From: Squalus acanthias
Lineage: Eukaryota
Reading direction: 5' to 3'
DNA: 64,000 bases
Assembly (NCBI GenBank): GCA_030390025.1
Contig: JASTWF010000345.1
Location: 310,001-374,000 of the forward strand
Both the position numbers and the translations under genes were made by a program. Below the pieces are notes generated by a model. The model was not told the DNA's origin and searched no databases. It saw nothing but the letters and a program-made list of their open reading frames with translations. This document shows, in pieces, positions 1 to 10,874 of this stretch; the first letter of the stretch is position 1; every line of letters begins with the position of its first letter.

Positions 1-190
1 CCTGATAGGGCGGTGGATACGGATTCAATAGTAGCCTTCAAAAGGGAATTAGATAAATACTTGAAGGAGGAGAAATTGCAGGAATATGGGGAAAGAGCGG
101 GGGAGTGGGACTAACGGGATTGCTCTTCGAAAGAGCCTGCGCAGACTCGAAGGGCCGAATGGCCTCCTGCTGTGCTGTACTATTCTATAA
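1..190 (+). mobile_element. CR1 LINE 3' end fragment
   Basis: End of ORF2 (FKRELDKYLKEEKLQEYGERAGEWD) plus 3' UTR GGGCCGAATGGCCTCCT...CTATTCTAT; same subfamily recurs at about 43670-43822 and 63581-63722. Confidence 0.8.
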
Positions 191-597
191 CAATCATGCA
201 GAACCGACAAACATTTTTGCTTCAATTCATATTCCCATTATCTTATAGCTGAAGAAGATTTCGAAAGTATCCGTCCTTTTAAGCTTGTAATCTTATCTTT
301 CTCCTGAAGTGCTCTAATACAATTTTATGCATCAAATTACAGGCAAAATAGTGAGAATACAAGGGAATGGCTGAATCAAATCAATTATAGCAAAATTATA
401 GTTCATATAAATAACAATTTAGTTAATGATAGACAATGCTTATTTTAACAGACTACGTTAAAACAATTGTGTTTTTAATGAAGACTAAAATTACTCATTT
501 CCTAATTTTGCAAGTGTATACCATGAACTTTTTCACCTCTCCCAGGAGAGTACAGCCAGGTGGGTGGGGAGTGTATGTATGGTGATGCACAAGACAT

Positions 598-1085
598 CAG
601 CTTAGCTTAGGCAGTCCCTCGGAACCGAGGATGACTTGCTTCCACATTAAAAATGAGTTCTCAGGTGACTGATGAGTCCAATGCGGGACCTACAGTCTCT
701 GTCACAGGTGGGGCAGACGGTGGTTGAAGGGGCGGGAGGGTGGGGTGCTTGGGTTGACGTGCGCTCCTTGTGTTGCTTCTGCTTGCTCCCGGCGAAGAGA
801 CTCGAGGTGTTCGGCGCCTTCCCGGATGCTTCTCCTCCACTTTGTGCGGTCTTGGGCCAGGGATTCCCAGGTGTCGGTGGGGATGTTGCACTTTTTCAAG
901 GAGACTTTGAGGGTGTCCTTGAAGCGTTTCCTCTGCCCACCTGGGGCTCTCTTGCTGGTCGGAGCTCCGAGTAGAGCGCTTGTTTTGGGAGTCTCGTATC
1001 GGGCATGCGGATGATGTGACCCGTCCATCGGAGCTGATCGAGCGTGGTCAAAGCTTCGATGCTAGGGATGTTGGCCTGAGCAAGA
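598..1085 (-). mobile_element. RTE-clade LINE 3' fragment
   Basis: Minus-strand frames give QLRWTGHIIRMPDTRLPKQALYSEL and GGQRKRFKDTLKVSLKKCNIPTDTWESLAQDRTKWR, typical of the RTE ORF2 C-terminus; short (CTAAG)-like tail near 598-612. Confidence 0.85.
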
Positions 1086-2202
1086 CATAACATTTGTGTG
1101 GGACACACTGGATGGACCAAAGACATTTTTTCTTTCCAGACTTCGATGGAAACGAAAATCAGCACCCCCGCAGAAGTTGAATTTACCCCCAGTCAGTTCA
1201 AATTAAATATACATCAGTAATTTTGAACAGGGCAGTCAGGGTAATCCCACCCCAGTATTTTGTACCGTATTTGGTATGTATGATAGGGGGTGGTGGTGTT
1301 CTGACCCAGTAGTGCTCATGATTTACAATGTCACAAACTGATGTATTGTTCCACACACCACTGCTTCCCATTGTATAAACCCTGTATACAATATGAAATA
1401 TTGCAGTGTAATTACTTTTGGGAACAAGTAAGTATTGTTTATGCCACACATAACTTCTTCGTAACTGCAGTGTAAGATTGCCAAAAACAATTTTCCCATA
1501 ATATTTGAGCAGAACTTTCTCATGTTGAATTTTGGGAATTCAGGAGAATGAATGCAAACATAAAAATAATCAGAAAAAGTCCACCTGACCCATGAAAGCT
1601 CATCCCTTTATTGCTATAAATCTCTCATATCCAGCTGTATTTTGAACACCCCCAAAGTGTTTTGTCTCTATTACCTTGTCAGATAGATTTTCTATTATTT
1701 ATTCTGGGGATGTGGGTATTGCTGGCAAGGCCGGCATTTAATGCCCATCCCTAGTTGCCCTGTTTTTTGGTATCAGATATCACGTAATCAGATGTCACGC
1801 GATCAAACCTCCAAGACTAAGTCCAATTAAAGTTGGTAACCCTATATAGTAATGGCGAAGGTGCTATTTAACGTAATGTACAACTGAGCCTACCCCTTCC
1901 GCAATGTGTACTACTGTACCGATTCCAAATGATGTACTGCATATTAAGTAGGTGTGGAGCCCTTTGTTGCAGATCTGCTTGTGATTCTGCTGGCTGCCTA
2001 GCTCTAGGCAAATCCTGATATTCCTGTCTCTGCTATTCTGCCTGCAGAGGCTTGTAGTGGGGGCCTTCTCCTGTCACTGGTACAAAGGCAGGTTCTGACA
2101 AAGGGTTAATGATCATTTAAGAATCGCCCGCCTATTCCAATACTTCTGCCCCCATGCACCTTCTAGAAGACGAGATCTTACGTCGACCACTGATCTGCAA
2201 CA

Positions 2203-2389
2203 AGGGTAATTTTAACCTAACCCATTTGACGGGGATGGGGAGGGTTCGGCTCAGACACCCATTTTACCCCCAGCACGATTTTATGCTCCGTTGGAGTCAA
2301 TGGAACGTAAAATCAGGCGGGGTGTAAAGCAGGTATCTGGCCTGAACCTTCCCCATTCCCGCTGGGTGGATTAGGTTAAAATTATCCCC
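2203..2389. mobile_element. Fold-back (palindromic) MITE, about 185 bp
   Basis: Left GGGTAATTTTAACCTAA mirrors right TTAGGTTAAAATTATCCC; the two halves are imperfect reverse complements around a central CCGTTGGAGTCAATGG. Confidence 0.7.
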
Positions 2390-2796
2390 AAGATGTCTGA
2401 ATCCCTCATTCACATGAGGTGAAGTCGCTCTGTGTTACAGTTAAATAAACAGGTTACCACCTTGGTCGAAATAATGGAGGAAGGACTTTCATACAAGCAC
2501 ATATGAAATGCAAATCACAAAGCACAAATAAGGCCCAGCGGTTTCCTGGAGTCTGTTTCCAAGTTCACTGACGCTGCTCATTTTCCTGTCATGGAGTATG
2601 GACCTCAACATCTTGATATCATTAGTGGAATCATTCCTGACAGATGCGCCAATTGTGCTCACCATCTGTGCTTCTGAGGACTCCCTGCTGTTGCCATTGA
2701 TGCTACATGCTGCTGAATGGGAGTAGAACCCACAAATGTAGTGACTACAGATTGCTGCACGGTCTACAAGGAACCAAGTGACTGATGCATCCATTC

Positions 2797-3000
2797 TGGT
2801 CAGGCAGCATCTGTGGAGAGAGGAACAGAGTTATTTCAGGTCGATGACCTTTCATCAGACCTGAAAGATGTTAGAGATGAACAGCTTTTAAACAAATGCA
2901 GAGCCAGGGAAAGGGTGGGGGGGGGGTGTGGGGGGGTGCAGGGAAAGAACAATAAGGAAAGGTTTGTGATCGGGTGGAGTGATTAAATAACAAAAGGGAT
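2797..3000 (-). mobile_element. Penelope-like element terminal fragment
   Basis: GGTCAGGCAGCATCTGTGGAGAGAG...TTTCAGGTCGATGACCTTTCATCAGA matches the copy at 33950-34480, which is attached to a GIY-YIG C-terminus. Confidence 0.55.
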
Positions 3001-3486
3001 AATCCTCCATTTTATAGTTGGCTTCATTAGGTCAGGAATGACTCAGTAGCGCATGTGCTGATACTGTGCCTATGCTCAACAGCAGCCATCCATTCTTCAA
3101 CCACCACCCGCGCCCCTTCCACACTGACCCTGCGCTTCCTCTTCTAATTCACTAACACCCTTGGAGTGAGTGTCTACGTTGGTGTCTGTAAATAATCAGG
3201 ATGGTGCTGAGTGCTACGGTGAGACTTGTTAATGAGAGGGGCCAGCTTGCTGCTCCTGAGGTTCAGACATATCTGTAGAAAGGAAAAGAACACATGATCA
3301 GTACCTGTGCAAAGTTATTGCTGCTCAGACATTACATAGCACATTTTGCAGCACAACGCAGTCACTCCTCTACACCTGCTGAAACATCAACACAGTTAAG
3401 GTATGTGTGGTCCTCTTCTCCAACTTGCATTGTCCAAGCCATGTATGGCCTCCCATGTTAAGCCCCCCATTTTCATTTGTTGGATC

Positions 3487-3949
3487 TGTTGGAGTAAAAT
3501 TGTATAAGAACAAACTGAATGTAATTATGTGCCTGTGTGCTGAGGGACCGGCAGTGACCACATGTACTCAGGATTGATTATAACCCAATTAAGAACGGAA
3601 GATGGACGCCATTGAATTGACACAGGACAAGGGATAGCTCAGACAGGCAGGCAGGGGTTGATTGATTAGCTCAAGAGCAGAACACAATGTATACCTAAGA
3701 AAGGGGCCTCCTAACCTTTCACATAGTTAAGTACAAATGATCTAATTAATGAAGAGACTCATATGACCTGTGTATATCCATATGATTGGATAATTTATGT
3801 ATAAAAAGCTGTACCTTGTATTGCTCGGGGAGACAGTAGGCCCACAGAGCTGCAGAGTTTTTGGTGCTGTCTCCCAGAATATTCTGTCGGAAATAAACTG
3901 TTTGACCTTACTTCAGCAGACTCGGGTGAATTGATTTTTTCCCCTAACA
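3487..3949 (+). repeat. 5' LTR
   Basis: Starts TGTTGGAG and ends CCCTAACA; ATTGG (reverse CCAAT) at 3785, TATAAAAA at 3800-3807, AATAAA at 3892-3897; direct repeat of 9024-9486 with about 9 substitutions. Confidence 0.97.
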
Positions 3950-3951
3950 AT

Positions 3952-3969
3952 TGGCGTAGTCGGCAGGAT
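3952..3969 (+). promoter_or_regulatory. Primer-binding site, tRNA-Ser
   Basis: TGGCGTAGTCGGCAGGAT, 2 nt after the LTR, is the reverse complement of the vertebrate tRNA-Ser 3' end (ATCCTGCCGACTACG-CCA). Confidence 0.9.
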
Positions 3970-4371
3970 GTCTCCGAACTGAACCCCACCACGAGTGCAC
4001 TAAGTGGGGGTGGTAAGGCGACTGAGACATCCAAAGAATCTGGAATAAGTCTGCGAAGGGTAAGCATACAGTTTATAGAAGCGCTATAGATAAGCGAACT
4101 TAAGTTGAATACAGTGTGTGTATGTGACTTGAGGAGCCATACTGAGCCAGAATTAAAAGGGTTTTACCCCACGTGAAGGCCAGTGTTAGTTGGCGATCCA
4201 AGTCACTGAACGGGTGACACAGATCACTAGTGTGGCCAAGAACTGCCGTTAGAGACGTCTATCGGGTGTAAGTATATATGTTAAGTCGGAGCGGGCGTCG
4301 AAAGCCGGACAGACTCGCTTGACCTCTGAACAATCGACGAGCAACCCTACTTTGGTAAAACTGCCGCGATA

Positions 4372-5814
4372 ATGGCCACACACAGGACGATGGATGAAGG
4401 TAAGGAAGATATTAATTGGGGTAATTCTGGGTCATTAACTAGGCTGTGGGCGGAGGATAAAGAGAAGTTAATTAATGCAATGAGAAAGGATGGTTGGGAC
4501 CCCAACGCGCATCTGGAAGCGCAGAGAGAATGGTGGGAGAAGCAGAAGAAAGATAAAAGGAAAAGTGCAGCGCCTTTGCTGATCCACCAGTTAGTTATGA
4601 TAATCGAGTGACATACAGATCTAAAAGAAAATCGCGAAAAACAGGAACAACTAGAGAGACAGCAACAAGAAAAAATAGAAACTCTAAGGGGAAGTCTGAA
4701 AGAGAAAGAAATAGCCTTAGGAGATCGAGATTTTGAAATCACCCAACTAAAAGTAAAATTAGCAGAGAAAAAAGCTAAGATAAATCAGTTAAAACAACGG
4801 ACTGAGGAAACCCCCTTAGACGAAACGATACAGTACCCATGCGTTCTAGGGACGGAACCCACCGCCCCGGACGAAGAAGAGGAAATTAAAATAGTTAAAG
4901 CTGCCCCTCTCCGAAGGGGAGGCACCCCCGCAAATCCGAATGTTAGATACCAAGCATTTTCACCTATGGAAAGACAGATGATTCTGAATAGCCTAGGATC
5001 CCTAAACCCCAGAAGCCAGAATGCAGAATTCTGGAGAACCTTAGAGGAAATATGGTATGCTCATGACCTACACCCCAGAGACCTTCACCAATTGGTAAAG
5101 GCAAAATGCCCAGCCGATAAGTGGAGGCAGGTAGACAATGCCAGCAACCACCAAGATGGAGGGTGGGCACACGCCATCCCATTAGCAGCAGACATGGCAG
5201 CTCAACAAGCACCATATGACCAGTTTAAAGCAGCAGTCCAAGCAGCCCTAGGGGGAGCCACAATTAATTGGGGAAAGATACAAACCGTAAGACAAAAGAA
5301 AGGAGAAAATAGTAGTGATTTTGGAGAAAGATTATTCGAAGCATATGCGGAATCATCCGGACAGGCAAACCCCCTAAGAACAGATCAGGCATTTATTCAA
5401 ATGTTTAAAGACGGACTGTCTGCGGAACATCAAAAGATCCTAGCAATGGGAGTAGTAGCAGCCGATAATTATGAGACTGTAGTCAGATGGGCGTGTCAAG
5501 TAGACGCGAAACAAACAGAAAAGACCGTTACCGTAAAAACTGAAAAAGGAGCTCCAGCCAATGTAAAACCTAAACCCCAAGGGGGAAACAAACAAGGGGG
5601 CTTTAATTGCTACAATTGTGGCAAAACAGGACATCGAGCAAAAGAGTGTAAAGGGAAAAGACCAGAGTGCCACCATTGCGGGAAATCAGGTCATCAGTCC
5701 CAAAATTGTTGGAATAAACCACAGGATGATGAGGGTGAGGGTGTCCTACTACAGAAAGGGGAATACAAAAGATTCCTACAATGGACTAGGAGGACAGGTG
5801 CCCAACAAGACTGA
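4372..5814 (+). pseudogene. gag: Retroviral gag with one premature stop (TGA 4609-4611)
   Basis: ORFs 4372-4611 and 4966-5814 are in the same frame and the interval between them is open. Coiled-coil segment, PTAP late domain (about 4858-4869), MHR-like VRQKKGENSSDFGERL, two CX2CX4HX4C knuckles. Confidence 0.9.
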
Positions 5815-7225
5815 AGGCCAGCGGCCCCCGGACAGGTGGAGGACAAAGACCCCCGCATATACATAACGGCATCGATAGGGGGCCGGCGATGTGATATGTT
5901 AGTAGATACAGGGGCTTCCATTTCATTTACCAACCTACCTCTACCCTTACCAAAGCATAAGATTTTAATCCAAGGAATTGACGGAGTAGGGGTCGCTGCC
6001 CACAGAAGTACTGTCCAAATTTTAGAGATAGGGGGGAAACTCCTCCCAGCCTATTTTTATGTGTGTAAAAACAGTGAGGGAACGGTGTTGGGCATAGACC
6101 TGCTAAAAGAATTCGACCTGATGATAGATTCTAAACAAAAGAAACTAATTTGGCCAAGGACAGATGGATCCAAAGACCACATGGATAGACATCTGAATAA
6201 TATAGCAAAGGTAGGGAGCACTAAAATAGTGATAAAACAAAACTGGAAAGAAGTAGGCTCCCCCTTAGGACCAATCTGTGCCGTAATGCAAAATGTATGG
6301 GCAAAAACAAAACATGATGCCGGGGAAGCCAAGGTACCTCCCATTGAGGTACCAGGGCCGGAACATGCAGCCCACAGACAGTATCCAATAAAGAGCGAGG
6401 CGCAGATAGCAATAAAAGAGATAGTAAAGAGTCTAGAAGAAAATGGGATATTAGAAAGGGTCGAGAGTACAACCAACTCTCCGGTCTGGCCCGTCAAGAA
6501 ACCCGACGGGTCATACCGACTGACGATCGACTATACGGCGTTAAACAGAGTGACCCCAAAACTGCACCTCATCGTGGCCAGCCCCGCCACTATCCTAAAC
6601 GGGCTGACTGAGGAACACAAGATCTTTACAGTATTAGATATAGCTAATGGATTTTGGTCATTACCATTAGGAAGAGAATCGAGAAATAAATTCGCCTTTA
6701 CAGTGGGAGATAGGCAGTTCACTTGGACTAGGTTGCCCCAAGGCTTCCACAATAGTCCAGCAATATTCCACCGAGTAATGAGCTCATTGCTGGAAAAGGT
6801 GGACCTGGCCCCATACCGAAGCACGGTGTTACAGTATGTAGACGATCTACTAATAGCCTCAGAAGATATGCAAGGGCATAGTGCCGCCCTAGTCGAAGTA
6901 TTGCAAGCGTTGGAAGAAGGAGGGTTAAAGGTAAACCCCAGAAAGGCACAGATTGGGTTAGGAACAGTATCATATTTGGGACAGGAGATAAGCCAGGGAA
7001 CCCGAAGCATGTCAGATGATAGGAAAGGGGCCATTAGAGACATGCCGAGACCAGTAACAGTACGAGGAGTTAGAAAAATACTGGGACTATTTAACTACAG
7101 TCGGACATTCATACCTCGGTATGCAACAATAGCCGAACCAATTCAGAGATTGGTAAAAGGGCATGGGACGCTGGAAGCACTGGACACAGCGGAAGGTGTA
7201 TGACCCTCAGAGGACAGGAAAATGA
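5815..7225 (+). pseudogene. pol: pro-pol: protease and RT, RNase H/integrase core deleted, integrase C-terminal stub remaining
   Basis: In frame with gag after the TGA. LVDTGAS protease motif; NSPVWPVKK, LPQGFHNSP and YVDD RT motifs. At about 7160 the sequence switches to another frame reading GRWKHWTQRKVY...TGA (7223-7225), resembling an integrase C-terminus. Confidence 0.9.
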
Positions 7226-7382
7226 TTACCGCAGGGTATCAGAACAAAACTAACCATTGAAGCAGAGATGTAATTAAAATTGTTTATATTCTTCTAATTT
7301 TCAGGTAGAGAGCTCCAAGCAACATTTGGCGCGGCGCGAGGCAACAAAAGCCTTTTGAGTGGTGTTAAAATAAAGCATAAGG

Positions 7383-8959
7383 ATGAGATGTGTTATTCTG
7401 TTAATACTTGTATGTGTAGTCCTAGGAGCCTCTTAAGGACCCCATAGAAACCATGGAAAAAGACAGATAGAGAGTACTAGAAGTCCCCCCAGACCTCCTG
7501 GGTTGGAGGGAATCCAGAGAAAGGAAGGAAGGGGGCGACGGTCAGTAAGGTATGAGGGATCCGCGCAACAATCCCACCATCATGTCAATACTTTCCTGTA
7601 CCTGAACTACCAATATGCCAAAAGGACAAATAAAAGCAAGTGTTGGGTATGTAGCCATGTACCCACACATGGGAGGGGAGGTATTCCTCTCCTGGCAGTA
7701 CCTTTACCCCCGCAACAGGTGGTTGAATGGATTGTGAATCAAAACAAAACCACCGGGAAGAAGGCGACCCCCCGCTGCTACCCTTAGTGAGTCAATTGTT
7801 GTAAGAATGAATTACTGTGGACAGGAAATTGGACTACAAATGGGCACTGCCAGGGCAGGATGAGTTGGGGACTGTATAACTGTACCAGTCAAAATCGAGA
7901 TTACACAGGGCACACAGAATGGTGGAAGCACTGGAAAGGTGCCGGGTATAACCTAAACTCCCTGGAAGGGAGTTACCAAAGGCACCCTAAAAACGTCTCC
8001 CAACCACCTGTCCTGATAGTAATAGAAAACAATTGGCCTAACACCAGTATATGTTTCAAGCAGAAACAGGAGGGAGGAGAACACATGGGACAGAGTTATT
8101 GCTACCAGGATGCACTGATTGGCAGTTTCAAAAACACGGAGAAAGGAGGATCTATGTCTTTCGAGTATATGACCCTGAATTTCACAGGAATCAAGAACAT
8201 GACCAGCGGTCAACGCTGGGAGAAGGAATATACCGCGGCAATAGAAACCAGGACTGTCACATGGACGGCGTACAACAACACATATTTTATTTGCGGACCC
8301 GCGGCATACCCATGGCTTCCAAATGATTGGGACGGGTCATGTTACTTGGGGTACGTAATACCCTATACGCACCATGTGACGGCATTGCCAGAGCACCCTG
8401 GTCGGCGAACCAGGAGAGAGATAACCGAGACTGAGCGATACTTTGCTATTCTCTTTCCCGGGTACGGGACGGCAATTGCCATAAAGGAAGTCCGACTCGT
8501 GGCCTCCCTTTTGGAACAAGTAGCCAATGAAACAGAAGAAGCCCTAACGGAAATGAGTGCCAAAATGGTAGCCCTCAGAACGGTCACTTTGCAAAACAGG
8601 TTGGCCTTGGATTACTTGCTAGCGAAGGAAGGGGGGACATGCGCAGTGATAGAGACAGAGTGCTGCACATACATTCCAGACAGTTCAGAAAATATAACCA
8701 ACTTGGTGTCACACATGAGGTTGAGAAACTACACCGGACAGACAGCGGAGACTGGTTATCATGGTTATCCTGGGGATCTTGGGGTTCGTATGTGGTACAT
8801 GGGTCAATAGTGATAGCTGTAATATGCATTGTATTCTGCCTACTGATCACTTGCCTAAAAATCTGTTGTAAACAAACTATGGCCGTCATAATGCCAGTGG
8901 CCTCCACCTCCTTCCAACAACCACTGTTACGGACAGTGGAGGAAGAGGAATGGATATAA
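7383..8959 (+). pseudogene. env: Gamma-type envelope (SU/TM) with 3 in-frame stops and a late frameshift
   Basis: Splice acceptor TTCTAATTTTCAG ending 7304; signal peptide MRCVILLILVCVVLGAS; CWVC (CXXC); furin site RRTRR; immunosuppressive domain LQNRLALDYLLAKEGG; CX6CC (CAVIETECC); TM helix in ORF 8639-8959. Stops at 7434 and 7785-7790, frameshift near 8718. Confidence 0.92.
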
Positions 8960-9011
8960 CCCAGTGTAAGGATTTTCAATCGTCACTTGGGAAGATTATC
9001 TTGCAGGGACC

Positions 9012-9023
9012 AAAAGGAGGGAT
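9012..9023 (+). promoter_or_regulatory. Polypurine tract
   Basis: AAAAGGAGGGAT immediately 5' of the 3' LTR. Confidence 0.85.
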
Positions 9024-9486
9024 TGTTGGAGTAAAATTGTATAAGAACAAACTGAATGTAATTATGTGCCTGTGTGCTGAGGGACCTGCAGTGACCACAT
9101 GTACTCAGGATTGATTATAACCCAATTAAGAACGGAAGATGGACGCCGTTGAATTGACACAGGATGAGGGATAGCTCAGACAGGCAGGCAGGGGTTGATT
9201 GATTAGCTCAAGAGCAGAACACAATGTATACCTAAGAAAGGGGCTTCCTAACCTTTCACATAGTTAAGTACAAATTATCTAATTAATGAAGAGACTCATA
9301 TGACCTGTGTACATCCATATGATTGGATAATTTATGTATAAAAAGCTGTACCTTGTATTGCTCGAGGAGACAGTAGGCCCACAGAGCTGCGGAGTTTTTG
9401 GTGCTGTCTCCCAGAATATTCTGTCGGAAATAAACTGTTTGACCTTACTTCAGCAGACTCGGGTGAATTGATTTTTTCCCCTAACA
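9024..9486 (+). repeat. 3' LTR
   Basis: 463-bp direct repeat of the 5' LTR, followed by the TSD GATC. Confidence 0.97.
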
Positions 9487-9594
9487 GATCCCACCACATT
9501 TGGTCTTGCCAATTTCAGTTAAAAGCAGCCTTCTTTGCAAGGAGAGCAATATGCATGGAATGAGTGTACATTTTGTGTTTTAGTCAACAACACA

Positions 9595-9790
9595 GTTTAT
9601 GCCTTGGTGGAAGCAGAATCTGTAATAGATTTTAAAAAGGAAATGGAAAAATATTCAAAAAAGGAAAATTTAAAAGATGATGGGGAAAGGGTAGGTGAAC
9701 GCGGCTCAGTGGATAGCTCTTTTAGAAATCTGGCACAAGTATAAAGGGGAGAACTGGCCCCTTCTGCAAGATTCAATGATTCTACCATTC
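9595..9790 (+). mobile_element. Old CR1 3' fragment
   Basis: VEAESVIDFKKEMEKY...GERVGE resembles the CR1 ORF2 end. Confidence 0.6.
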
Positions 9791-10108
9791 TCCATATGGT
9801 AAGCCTCCCTATAAGAGTCTCCCTACATTCACCATTATCCTCTTTGTTCACATTTTCATTTCAGGTCAGACAGCTTTTTGTGGTTAGACACATGTTTGTG
9901 AATATGTGTCTAACCACAAAGACTCCACCTGCCTTTGGTGTGTGACCCTGAATTCACAGCCTGAGTGATTCAATTCCACATCTGCTATATCATCTGCTGA
10001 AAGGAAGTGCCCTCCCCATAGTAAGAAGTATGTTTGGCACAGCCTCACACCTCTGCTATTAGCTGCAGATCCTCATTCTGATATTTCCCATCACTTTAAT
10101 CAGACAAT

Positions 10109-10874
10109 GGGCCAGAAATTCGGCTCCCTGGCTTCCCGCGGGTGCAAGGATCGCGCGCGCACCTACCTACCGCGCCTGCCGTTGACCTCTGGGCCCACGG
10201 GGACTTCGGCTCCTGGGCCTCCTCCAACTGCCGGCGCGCAGTGCTTGTGTATCCCAGGGACATAGTTAGTGCAATGCGTCCCCTGGGATCACGTGGGCCA
10301 TGGAGAGCCAATGGCAGCAGACCATCTTTAATTCATAGATTTGACAGGAAGACCTGTCAAATCTATGAATACAGATCAGCCCCAAAACATCCCTAAAACT
10401 ACAAATAATTTTTTTTTTAAACATCACATTTTTAAAATAACTATAAATTACATTAATTAACTACTTTAAACAAAAATTTTAATTTTTGAAAAAATTAATT
10501 ACATTTTTTAACAGGGCTAAAACTAAACTTACCTTTCTTTAAAGTAATTAAAAAAGATAAATCTGTGAAAAAAATGTTAAAATTTTAATAAAATCAACAC
10601 TTACCTTGTTAAAAGAAGGCCTTGCGCATCCTTATTAAAAGTGCATCTTCTCCGTGCTTACCTTCACGGAGGAACCTGTAAAAAAAATCCGAAGTGCGAG
10701 GCGAACGCGCTGGCCCTCCGGCGTGCGCGTTCGACCTCTGAACCCCTTTCCTCAGGGGAACGGAAGTGCCGGTTTCCCGCCATGCGCAGTGCATGCAAGA
10801 AACCAGCACTTTCGTTCCATCCACGGGTGAGTACACAGTGCGTACTCACCCGACAACAGCCGAATTTCTGCCCC
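10109..10874. mobile_element. Harbinger-type MITE with internal hairpins
   Basis: 17-bp TIRs GGGCCAGAAATTCGGCT / AGCCGAATTTCTGCCCC (1 mismatch), AT on both flanks, GC-rich arms, AT-rich core, no coding capacity. Confidence 0.8.

Larger units (their letters stand above)
3487..9486 (+). mobile_element. Endogenous retrovirus (LTR-gag-pro-RT-deleted RH/IN-env-LTR), 6000 bp
   Basis: Two 463-bp LTRs (TG...CA); GATC duplicated at 3483-3486 and 9487-9490; PBS, PPT and gag/pro/RT/env motifs. Confidence 0.97.

Noticed and set aside
4347..4742. Antisense ORFs within the ERV as accessory genes (also 6057-6497 and 6531-7043)
   Set aside because: Explained as reverse-frame shadows of gag/pol; no motifs or expression signals seen.
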